Assembly (NCBI RefSeq): GCF_001194135.2
Contig: NC_068991.1
Coordinates: forward strand, 25,113,196 to 25,173,545
DNA length: 60,350 nucleotides
From: Octopus bimaculoides
Lineage: Eukaryota
Reading direction: 5' to 3'
The notes under the pieces were generated by a model, which did not search any database, was not told the DNA's origin, and was given only the letters and a program-made list of their open reading frames with translations. The translations under genes were made by a program, and so were the position numbers. Below are positions 50,241-60,350 of the stretch, in pieces. How positions within the stretch are numbered: position 1 is the stretch's first letter; each line of letters begins with the position of its first letter.

Positions 50241-51366
50241 AAATGCCCTGATGCTGTACCAGGCAGTGGCTTGGATCTTTTTTAAAACGGGGGCCACATT
50301 TTTCATTAACGAAACACTTTGAAACTTGGAACACTGGTAGAATGTGTCATATAAAACATCTTTTTCTCTTAGTCTTCTTAAAAAAAAAAAGAAATCCATA
50401 AGTTTTTCCATGTTAAAGTTGTCGTATTTCTGTAATTTCAACCAATCACTGACGTCCATTCAGCCGATATACATTAAGTGCCGACTACATAAACAAACGA
50501 TTCTGAAACAATTAACCCTAACCCTAACCCTAGGGTTAGGGTTAGGGTTAGGGTTAAAGCAAATTTAAAATGAAAAAAGCAAATAAAACGAAGGTATGGA
50601 GATTAAATACGCTTTACATCGCTTAATCAGCCAAAGGAGTAAATGTAAACAACTGAATACTTGTCAGTGATTGGTTGAAATTATCGAAATAAGACAATTT
50701 TTTACATGAAATAAATTCGAATACAAAAATATTTTTCTGTTCTATAACACAAAATAGATAAGTATACGAAGTTTGAAAGTCTTTCCGTACCAAAAACACT
50801 ACGTAAAACATTAATGAAAAATGTGGCCCCCGTTTTAAAATAGATCCAGTGGCTTTCATGGCTTTTTGATCTTAACTAATTGAAAGTGTTATGATGTACA
50901 TTGTTTTGTCTTATTATAAAGTATGGGCTCGAGCAAATATTCTGCTCAGTATCACAGATTTGCTAGTCAGTTGTTTGACCTTAACCACTTGAGCACGTCC
51001 CTTAGTGGCTGACGATATGTGCATCTCTGATCACGAGCAGAAGTAGTAGAGGAATTCTTTGGGCTTTGAATTATTCACCTCTGGAACCATCGGTGTTTTG
51101 TTCATCATCCTTAAAACAAACTTTATTCAGAGACCTCTTGAGTGGTATGGGCTATCCGACCCGAAGAAAATTCTAACTGGGCCCCACTTGCAATGTTATG
51201 CGCCGTTTATCTTGACAGGAGATCACCATGTCACGCATACACAGTTGCGATGCATGTGCTTGGTGTACCCTTCCCTTATCAGACGGGTATTCATGATGGG
51301 TGTATTAGGTTTCGTATATTTGTACCCCAGTGTCACTTTGATGGCATGCGCTACTCTCTCACTCAC
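50241..51366 (-). repeat. Family F copy interrupted by a foldback element, with (AAT)n on both sides
   Basis: 50241-50272 and 50848-51366 rejoin into the F sequence (reverse complement of 47878-48415). Confidence 0.85.
50273..50847. mobile_element. 575-bp non-autonomous DNA transposon with 39-bp TIRs, 8-bp TSD and central telomeric palindrome
   Basis: TIR GGATCT(T/A)TTTTAAAACGGGGGCCACATTTTTCATTAA; TSD AGTGGCTT at 50265-50272 and 50848-50855. Second internal inverted pair at 50418-50456 / 50660-50698, and (TAACCC)3-TA-(GGGTTA)4 at 50513-50556. Confidence 0.9.
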
Positions 51367-51454
51367 TAATAATAATAATAAAAATATTAATAATAATAAT
51401 AATAATAATAACAACAACAACAACAACAACAACAATAATGATAATGATAATAAT

Positions 51455-51665
51455 ACTTGTTTCAAATTTTGGCACAAGGCCAGCAATCTTACGTGTTGAG
51501 TTAGGGTTAGGGTTAGTCGATTTCCTCTATCCCGGTACTTGACTGATCTTTTATTTTATCGACGCGGATTGGATGAAGATCAAAGTTGACTTCAGCAGGA
51601 TTTGAACTGAGGATATAAAAAGCTAGAACGAATAAGGTAAGGCATTTTCTTTGATGCTCTAAGAA
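51455..51665 (-). mobile_element. Degenerate SINE family A copy containing (TTAGGG)2
   Basis: tttcaaattttggcacaaggccagcaat...gttagggttagggttagtcga...caggatttgaactgagg. Confidence 0.7.
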
Positions 51666-52404
51666 TTCAACTAATCTAATATAATCTTTATTCGTAAAAT
51701 TTAGTGCGAGGTGATTCTACCGACTGCAATAACAGTGATACTTATTTCCCCGATCTAAGCATGGTGGAAGATTAACTCGACGTCAGCTGAGTTTAACTTA
51801 AAATGTAAAGAGAAGGACTTCAATGCAACAAAGCATTTTTCTTTTAATGTAGGTTCTATGTCACTAATTCATTGTTGGTAGCACACGGTATCACGTAGGC
51901 TGCATATGAAGACAATCATAACCACACTAATCGTTATTGGAGTTTTGATACGTATTTTATTATTTTTATTAACCGAGAACTTCTGTATTTCTTTGCGTAC
52001 ATGGAATAACATTCATAAAATACCGAATAGAATAGTTAGGAATCTTCTGTAGTACAACGTGCTAAATAATATTACAAAACTAGTAAATAAGTATTAAAAC
52101 CGAATGTGCAGTGCGCGATTCGACATTCCAACCCAAGGCCGAAACATTTTAATGAACACGACGCAAGTGAGTTAAGTAAAAGAGAGCGCGAGGCCAACAC
52201 GCTGAGCACAGTAACGTAGTTCCGAGTAGTTTGAGGTTGAATTTACTAAGTTTTTATAACCGCTCGTAAAGGTTTCCAGAACCTTCGATCAAATATTTGG
52301 TGGGAAAATTTGCACACTTCCTTTGAAGTTCGTTGCATCGGTCATAAGAAGTCAGCCAATGCTGATTCGTTGAGCTATATTAATGCGGGCAATGAAGATG
52401 CATG

Positions 52405-52712
52405 TCTTAATGGTTAGAGCGTCGGGGTCACAACCCTGAGGTGATGAGTTCAATTCCAGGACCGCGCTGTGTGTTGTGTTCTTGAGAAAGACATTTTATT
52501 TCGAGTTGCTCCAGTTCACTCAGCTGTATAAATGAGTTGCGACGTTATTGGCGTCAAGCTGTATCGGCCTTTGCCTTTCCCTTGGATAACATCGGTGGTG
52601 CGGAGAGGGGAGGCTGGTGTGCACGGGAGACTGCTGGTCTTCCACAAACAAATTTGACCAGACTTGTGCCTCGGAGGGGAATTTTCTAGGTGCAATTCCA
52701 TGATCATTTATG
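52405..52712 (+). mobile_element. tRNA-type SINE family D
   Basis: A-box-like TGGTTAGAGC and B-box GAGTTCAATTCC; homologous to 41095-41390. Confidence 0.82.
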
Positions 52713-53156
52713 ACCAGAATTTTTTTTTTTTAATATTAATGCGGGCGTTAAGGTTTTTGTGGAAATACAATGNNNNNNNNNNNNNNNNNNNNNNNNNNNN
52801 NNNNNNNNNNNNNNNNNNNNNNNNNNNNNNNNNNNNNNNNNNNNNNNNNNNNNNNNNNNNNNNNNNNNNNNNNNNNNNNNNNNNNNNNNNNNNNNNNNNN
52901 NNNNNNNNNNNNNNNNNNNNNNNNNNNNNNNNNNNNNNNNNNNNNNNNNNNNNNNNNNNNNNNNNNNNNNNNNNNNNNNNNNNNNNNNNNNNNNNNNNNN
53001 NNNNNNNNNNNNNNNNNNNNNNNNNNNNNNNNNNNNNNNNNNNNNNNNNNNNNNNNNNNNNNNNNNNNNNNNNNNNNNNNNNNNNNNNNNNNNNNNNNNN
53101 NNNNNNNNNNNNNNNNNNNNNNNNNNNNNNNNNNNNNNNNNNNNNNNNNNNNNNNN

Positions 53157-53199
<43 letters not shown>

Positions 53200-53397
53200 A
53201 TGTGTGTGTGCAGACATTTTAATGTCATAGCAAGGCACAGATAATTATATGTACAAATATAAATTTCGGTGTATGATTTTGTGTATACATGTATGTATGT
53301 GTGTATATATCTATACATGTATGTATGCGCGTGCGCATGCGTGTATATGTGTGTTTTTGTAGGGTATGTATGTTATGTGTTTATATGTATGTTATAC

Positions 53398-53448
<51 letters not shown>

Positions 53449-54241
53449 NNNNNNNNNNNNNNNNNNNNNNNNNNNNNNNNNNNNNNNNNNNNNNNNNNNN
53501 NNNNNNNNNNNNNNNNNNNNNNNNNNNNNNNNNNNNNNNNNNNNNNNNNNNNNNNNNNNNNNNNNNNNNNNNNNNNNNNNNNNNNNNNNNNNNNNNNNNN
53601 NNNNNNNNNNNNNNNNNNNNNNNNNNNNNNNNNNNNNNNNNNNNNNNNNNNNNNNNNNNNNNNNNNNNNNNNNNNNNNNNNNNNNNNNNNNNNNNNNNNN
53701 NNNNNNNNNNNNNNNNNNNNNNNNNNNNNNNNNNNNNNNNNNNNNNNNNNNNNNNNNNNNNNNNNNNNNNNNNNNNNNNNNNNNNNNNNNNNNNNNNNNN
53801 NNNNNNNNNNNNNNNNNNNNNNNNNNNNNNNNNNNNNNNNNNNNNNNNNNNNNNNNNNNNNNNNNNNNNNNNNNNNNNNNNNNNNNNNNNNNNNNNNNNN
53901 NNNNNNNNNNNNNNNNNNNNNNNNNNNNNNNNNNNNNNNNNNNNNNNNNNNNNNNNNNNNNNNNNNNNNNNNNNNNNNNNNNNNNNNNNNNNNNNNNNNN
54001 NNNNNNNNNNNNNNNNNNNNNNNNNNNNNNNNNNNNNNNNNNNNNNNNNNNNNNNNNNNNNNNNNNNNNNNNNNNNNNNNNNNNNNNNNNNNNNNNNNNN
54101 NNNNNNNNNNNNNNNNNNNNNNNNNNNNNNNNNNNNNNNNNNNNNNNNNNNNNNNNNNNNNNNNNNNNNNNNNTATATATATATATATATACATATATAT
54201 ATACATATATATATATATATATGTATATATATTACATATAC

Positions 54242-54288
<47 letters not shown>

Positions 54289-54616
54289 TATATATATATG
54301 TATATATATTATATATATTATGCAAAACATACATTTCTATATTCATACACATACATATATGTGTGTGTGTACGTGTGAGTACGTGTGTGTGTACGTGTGA
54401 GTGCGTGTGTGTGTGTGTACTTAGACACACAATATCCATATATGCACGCAAGTATAAATTCATACATATATACATACATCTGTGTGTGTGTGTGTGTGTG
54501 TGTGGTATTTGTGTGTTGCACATACATGTACATAAGTTTGACAAAGGTGTCAAAACCAGGATGGTAATTAGCACACATAACACAGTCATACACCCATACA
54601 CAGAGAAACACACACA

Positions 54617-54732
<116 letters not shown>

Positions 54733-55952
54733 TTCTCTCTCCCACTCCAAATTATATTTAAACAGACTACAGAAAACTTCAAAAATGCAGTCATCATCGT
54801 AGTTGAAACGATAATAGCATATTTGATATTTTAACAAACCTTTCAACCAAAGATTTCTAGACATAGTCAACGCTCACCACAACCAGTTACGTCTACAGCC
54901 TTCACCCCGCCCCCACACACCATAACCCCATCGTCCCATCACCCCCACCACCACTATCATCACCTTCAACGCCTCCATCACCAATACTTTCATCATCCTC
55001 GTCACTCAAATATCAAAGCTATCGCAACAATACTGCTATTAAGACCACCTCTAACACTAACAACATCGCTGCAAACATTACCTAAATGACCATCAGCAGT
55101 AACGCTACTACATTCACAATAAGCAGCGCCACTAAAACCGTCATCATTCTATATCACCACCCGAACTTCCAACCAACATCTCGACGGCATCAAATACTTA
55201 TATCAAGGGTAATATATAGACAGTATCATCTCTACTGCCGCTACCATCAATTACCGATATCAAAAGTAATGCAGATTGCTTCATCGTCCCGGCTGCCACG
55301 ACCACCACCACCACCAAAAGCGCCATCATCTATCAACCCCTGCCGCTAGATTAGCTATCACAAGAGCCACCATACTACCGCTGCCATCACTACTTACTGG
55401 CTTCATTACGAGTCAACGGAGGAGCATCCTCGTGACTAGAAGCAGCAGCCAAATCTCTCTCAAATTTCTCGACCTACCATCTGAGGAAACGGCAGAGTGA
55501 ATTATGTGTACCTGTGTTCTTGGGTGGGGAGTGGGATAGCTACGACTGAAACATCTTTAACCATAGGTCAGCTAAACAACAACAACATCAGCAGCAATCA
55601 TTTGTAACATAGTCACAAGGTTAGAAATTACAGAGGGAGGATACAATACCAGGAGTGTCTACTAGAGAGCAAGTATTTTGAGGAGTAGTATATTTTGCAA
55701 AGGATTTAGATCTGGTGTATTGAGTTACAATTCTAACGTCTGAGATGTTTTGCTTGCAGTTTAATATGAAACTGCTTTTGTTATTTTTAGAAAGCGTTTT
55801 TTGTAAATATTTAGACTAGGAAGTTTTGGGAATAATTTTGTAATTTAACATTAGTTAATATACGGCACTTGGAACACATCTTGATTAAAATAACGTGTAT
55901 AATATGTGGAACGGTACGAGCTAAACACTTTGCCTCAAAGAGTCTCGAAGAG

Positions 55953-56069
55953 ACTTGTGCATATATTCAACTTGTGCATATATTCAACTTGTGCATATAT
56001 TCAACTTGTGCATATATTCAACTTGTGCATATATTCAACTTGTGCATATATTCAACTTGTGCATATATT
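55953..56069. repeat. Perfect 17-bp tandem array (ACTTGTGCATATATTCA) x6.9
   Basis: Six identical units plus 15 of 17 nt, with no spacers. Confidence 0.97.
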
Positions 56070-57439
56070 AAAAAAAAATCGGGACTCACTCGGAATTTCA
56101 TTGGTGGATCGTCAGGCACGGTGTTTCGATATCATTTGGTTTCCTGAGCGATGGATATCCCTCGGACATTCTGAGCTAAGCCGAAAAATATTTGTTCTGC
56201 TCTTGAAATCGGTAACCAAAGTATTCACAGATTTGTGCAAAAACTTGTTAGGTTAGAATTAAATTAACATACGCAATTAAATAACATTCGATCAGCAAAA
56301 CTATGTGTAGACCAGTTAAAGACAGAAAAGAATGTTTGAAAATGTGCCGATCACATTCTGAGCGAGCTTTGCGATTTCATAAAACAAAAGTCTCCTTGAG
56401 AAGTTTCGCCGACACAAAATATTGAGACAGTACCGTCCAACATTTGAATATATATTATGAATGTTATACACTTCGTTATTCATTTAAACAGTTGCAGAAA
56501 GAAGTTTGGCGCTGACAATTAATGAACCAGTACATTGCCAATCGATGTTTAACGAACCACTACCAATAGAATAAACAAGGTTGAATCTAGTAAAATGTTT
56601 CCCCTGGGCAATTGAATGTTGGGTTTTAAAAAGTATTCAGTCAATTCATTCGACGACCACTTCCAGCATTTTAAGACACGTAACACAACAGTTGCATTCG
56701 AAATGTTTTCTATGGATTAACTATTGTTCTCTTAACTGTATATCATGAATGGCTTTATTTCTTAGCCTTTTCAATTATTCAAAGTCTTAGCTTTGATGGT
56801 TGGTACCGGATCTTCTGCAGTTCATAGCAATGTACAATGTACACTATGCCATCGGAAAAGAAAAAGAGATAATATATAGAGAGAGGTGGGGAGAGAGAAG
56901 ATGATAATAAAGAAATAGATAGAACGAAAGCGACAAAGGGAGACATGTAAAGACAGAAAAGGTTAGAGAGAAAAGGCTAGAAGACATCGATGTTACTAAC
57001 TTCAAAAGAAAAATAAACACAAAGAGGACGAAGTTAAAATGGCGTTTTGAACGTCGCCGTCTTTAACGATTCAAGCAGCAGACGATAGATTTATAATTCA
57101 AATAACAATGGCATTTATCGAAACAAGTCTGAAAAATATAATAAAAATTTAAACTCTACTATCTTATTGTTTAGTGAAAGAAAAGATTAGTAAACAGAAT
57201 TTAAAGGTTTATTGTTGTTGGTGAATAAATATTTAAAGAAGTTGAAAGGAACAATCGGAAAACAATAGTTGCAATTGACAGAGGAGAATGAGATGAAGAT
57301 GGAAAAGTAGGCAAAAAGAAGTACTGGACATTTGAAAATATACAGTGTATGTAGCAAGTTATTCTATGATAACATTATAAAATAACAATGGAGTTCAACT
57401 GTAAGAGGCAACCAAATTTACTTTAAAATAATACTAAAC

Positions 57440-58250
57440 GGATTTAGACCGTTTTTAAATCCTTTATATAAGAAGGAAGGGCAGTACCCATAACCCTGCT
57501 GTACCCATAACCCCTCATAGGCATCCGAGACTGGTGGGAAGGATGCCGTTGTACACTAGTAATACAGGCTTTGAGGGAGGAACCAGAAGAAGTTACTCTA
57601 AGACCAGCCTCCAAGTAGCTATATGTCGATACTAATGAAAACTTTTGACTGATTGAAATCAATTAATATATCTCCGAAGCCAAATCCATTCCCAGTCCGT
57701 TTCATGATTTAACGCAAATCTGCGTGTAGTAAAGCTACAGGAATGAAGTTATCAATTGCGCCCGCCTAGTTCGGATACTGTCTCCGTTGCGTCACCGCTG
57801 CCCGGACTCTCGGACTGATGGTTATAAGGACAGTATTGAACACGTTTGGTATGTAATAATATAGCTAGCTCATGGGGTAGATCATCCAGTCCTGGCCATT
57901 TGTTTTACGTACAGCAGCTCAACACATTCGCTAAAATCGACGTTACGTTTCGCAGCATCCTTGATTCCTGTCCGAGAACTACGGTAGGTAGTTATCGAAA
58001 TATCCGGCTTCAGTTCAAGCGCCTCGCAAAATATTCAGAAGAAAATCGTGCGCATCTGTTTGGAATCATGTAGTACGCGCCCGCTGCCTTCTGTCAAAGA
58101 TCGAATTGCGACTGCTTTGTTACACCGGAAGACCATCGAACAAATTTGCTGCTGTAGCACCCACACTCTAGTACAAACAATGTACGGTTCGTGTATCGCG
58201 GTGAGAAAATTATAGTGGATCACTCTTGCTGCCAGCACGCCGATAGCTTT
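57440..58250 (-). mobile_element. Tx1/L1-clade LINE ORF2 remnant (pre-RT linker and RT start)
   Basis: IRSLTEGSGRVLHDSKQMRTIF, NKWPGLDDLPHEL (cf. KSPGLDGLPYE), IDNFIPVALLHADL (cf. NFRPITLLNxDxK), QSK and SYLEAGLR; many indels. Confidence 0.72.
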
Positions 58251-58419
58251 TTCTATGTACTTCTATTCACTTTACTAGCTTACCATATGGTCCTATTAAA
58301 GTGGGGTGGGTGAAGAAGAACAGAAAAAGTGCGCACCTTACTGGGACCCCAAAACTTGCAATAACCAGGGAACGTTCTAATTGCAACAGCAACAGCAGCT
58401 GTAACAACAACTACAAAAA

Positions 58420-58655
58420 TATTATCCCAGAAGACTGCAACACTTCCGTGAATATCTTTGAAAAGTTAAGTAAATACCAGGACTTTGAAATAGATGTCAC
58501 AAAAATGTGGCATCTAAGAACGACATATGTGCCTGTGATTATCGGAGTTCTTTGGGGATAATACCAGAAGGTACTCTTAAATACTAATAAACCCCCACAG
58601 TATCAGAGTCACAAAAGATTGTTCTCATAAATATAGATCACATCCTAAGAAAAAT
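58420..58655 (+). mobile_element. RLE LINE 3' fragment
   Basis: IPEDCNTSVNIFEKLSKYQDFEIDVTKMWHLRTTYVPVIIGVL, the same motif family as 49250-49400. Confidence 0.8.
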
Positions 58656-58869
58656 TCTGCTAATTTCCAAATCTTTCAACATCTTTCAAAATTGCAAGTA
58701 TTACAACAAACTTTTAACGTAATCTTAATTTTCAGTATTTGGTCTCCTTTCCCGGCGTTATTTCATTATTACTCATAAATAACGTGCACAGTAAAACGTC
58801 TGAAAATTTCCTATTCCGTCGGGATACTATGTCTTCAGTGTATTTGTATTGATCTGTTATTCGAATTTG

Positions 58870-60140
58870 AATGTTAGTTGGCATGATATGCGCCGGGGGT
58901 CGTGTACTCATTGTGCGTAAATTTTGTATGTTGATGTATATATTCTATTAATTCTTTACTGTTTGTGTCTACAGCTATGTAATTGATAATATTTTCTTTT
59001 ATTTGGTTTGCAGATGCAGTTCTGGCTATTGGTGTGAGTGTGAGTGTGAATTGTCGTGTTGTTGGTGATAGTAGTGCCTCTGGTGACGGTGGTTGTGGTC
59101 GTAGTGGAGTTGGTGCTGGTAGTTGCACGACTTGTTTCATTTAGTTTTCTCCTGCAAGTGTTTTGTGTGAATTAATTTATTTATTCCTTTCTTGTCCTTT
59201 CTTTTCATTCAGCAATAAGATTCCATTCTTCTTTCGGGTCACTTTCACCGCACAACAGATATAAGAAATCCAGAATGTGGAGTGGGTATGTCCTGTGCTG
59301 ATGTTGTTCCTGTTGTTAGTGTTGGGTATTTTGGTGTCGCTGGTATTCTTGTCACTAATAGTGTTGCTATTGTCCCTGTTGTTTTGGGGGCCTCTGTCGC
59401 AGTTGTTGTTGCAGTCTCTGTACATCTTCTACTGTTACCATTGCTGCTAGTCTGTTTGCTCGTTGTTGGGGCTCTGAGCGCTGTATAAATGGCGTTGATA
59501 AAAGTGGGAGTTTTGTTTCTTTCAGTGTTTTTCTGGGGCAGGAAGACTTTAAATGGATCATAGCTCCTCTTATGTGACATCTTGGTTTCTTACCCTTCAC
59601 TATTACAGATAGTTGGCTTCCACTCGGGAGGTGGAAAATATCAGGTATGTCTTCGATGCTTCTGGATTCGCTTGTATGATCAGTTCCATACTTATCCCTG
59701 ATCAATTTTGTTCTGGCTTCATGTTAACCTTCAAAATTGTCGCACTTTTCTCTATATTCGAAATCTCTTGCAGAACTCGCGAAAATTTTTTTATTTCCTT
59801 GACTGTATGCGTCGTTGCAAGCATTCTCGCTGCATGTCGAAACGCTTGTCTTGGTGTTACCGTGTTACTGTTGGTAGTTGTATTGGTGATACCTTTTTCT
59901 ACTGGTAGAAAACTTTTGCCTGCTTAAGCGGTAGTGGTCGTGGTGGGCCGTATGGCTTTCAAAATTTTCTTTCTTTTCCATTATCCTTGCAATTGTTGAT
60001 GTCGGTACTAGTTGAGACAATGGTAGTGGTAGTGGTGATAGAGACGTTGCTTTTATGTTGCTTGATATTTTTTGTGTTGCCGTTGTTGTAGTAGCATTGA
60101 GTGTTGCTCTCATTTGCTGCAGTGACGTACCTTTTTAACA
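58870..60140 (-). mobile_element. Tx1/L1-clade LINE ORF1 remnant with degenerate zinc knuckle
   Basis: IEDIPDIFHLPSGSQLSVIVKGKKPRCHIRGAMIHLKSSCP = CX2(C>R)X4HX4C, flanked by Thr/Pro-rich low-complexity sequence. Upstream of, and co-oriented with, the ORF2 remnant. Confidence 0.65.
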
Positions 60141-60350
60141 TTTGGACTTAGAACGGGGTAGACCTTCCTGTCCTGGCCATTTGTTTTACGTACAGCAGCT
60201 CACCATATTCGCGTTGCATACAAACATTTATTTGTATGCATATTGACGCCCTTACACATGTATAGAAAGACAGGTCAGTTATTCCTCTCCAATTTTTGTT
60301 AAGTTCTTAAATGTATCTCCTTCTGTATATATATATATATATATATATAT

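Noticed and set aside
50513-50556. Chromosome end-to-end fusion site
   Set aside because: Wrong orientation for a fusion, only seven units, and embedded in a TSD-bounded transposon.
52100-52175. Possible exon 3 of the secreted-protein gene (gtgcag|TGCGCG...GCA A|gtgagt)
   Set aside because: No polypyrimidine tract and no supporting homology. Other phase-0 acceptor candidates at 39.9-41.8 kb and 55.7-56.8 kb hit stops or lie in repeats.
55953-56069. CRISPR array
   Set aside because: No spacers, a 17-bp unit, eukaryotic context and no cas genes.

Overview
AT-rich, repeat-dense animal genomic DNA from a gapped short-read scaffold. It has 11 N-runs, most abutting microsatellites. The SINE repertoire looks octopus/cephalopod-like (inference from recognised repeat families). 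Almost all ORFs in the supplied track are microsatellite or N-gap artefacts. Manual splicing gives two host genes on the + strand. (1) The last three coding exons of an EPS8-family gene (7861-8035, 11905-12034, 12572-12640), encoding the SAM/effector region; the final coding intron has a non-canonical GC donor. (2) A gene I do not recognise: a TATA/CCAAT/E-box/kB-like promoter at about 27.5-27.8 kb and two exons (27906-27936 + 39487-39626) that splice into a good signal peptide, with a possible second promoter at about 35 kb. The rest is decayed transposons: mariner/Tc1, MITEs, a Helitron 3' end, RTE, R4/Dong-type, Hero-like, CR1/L2-like and Tx1/L1-like LINE fragments, and at least four SINE families. 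The most interesting non-coding signals are hammerhead-ribozyme-like motifs (20.2 and 21.3 kb, plus remnants), a foldback element with a telomeric-repeat palindrome at its centre (50.3-50.8 kb) and a perfect 17-bp array (56 kb). I found no CRISPR array, rRNA or genuine tRNA, and nothing that demonstrates a new multi-gene system.
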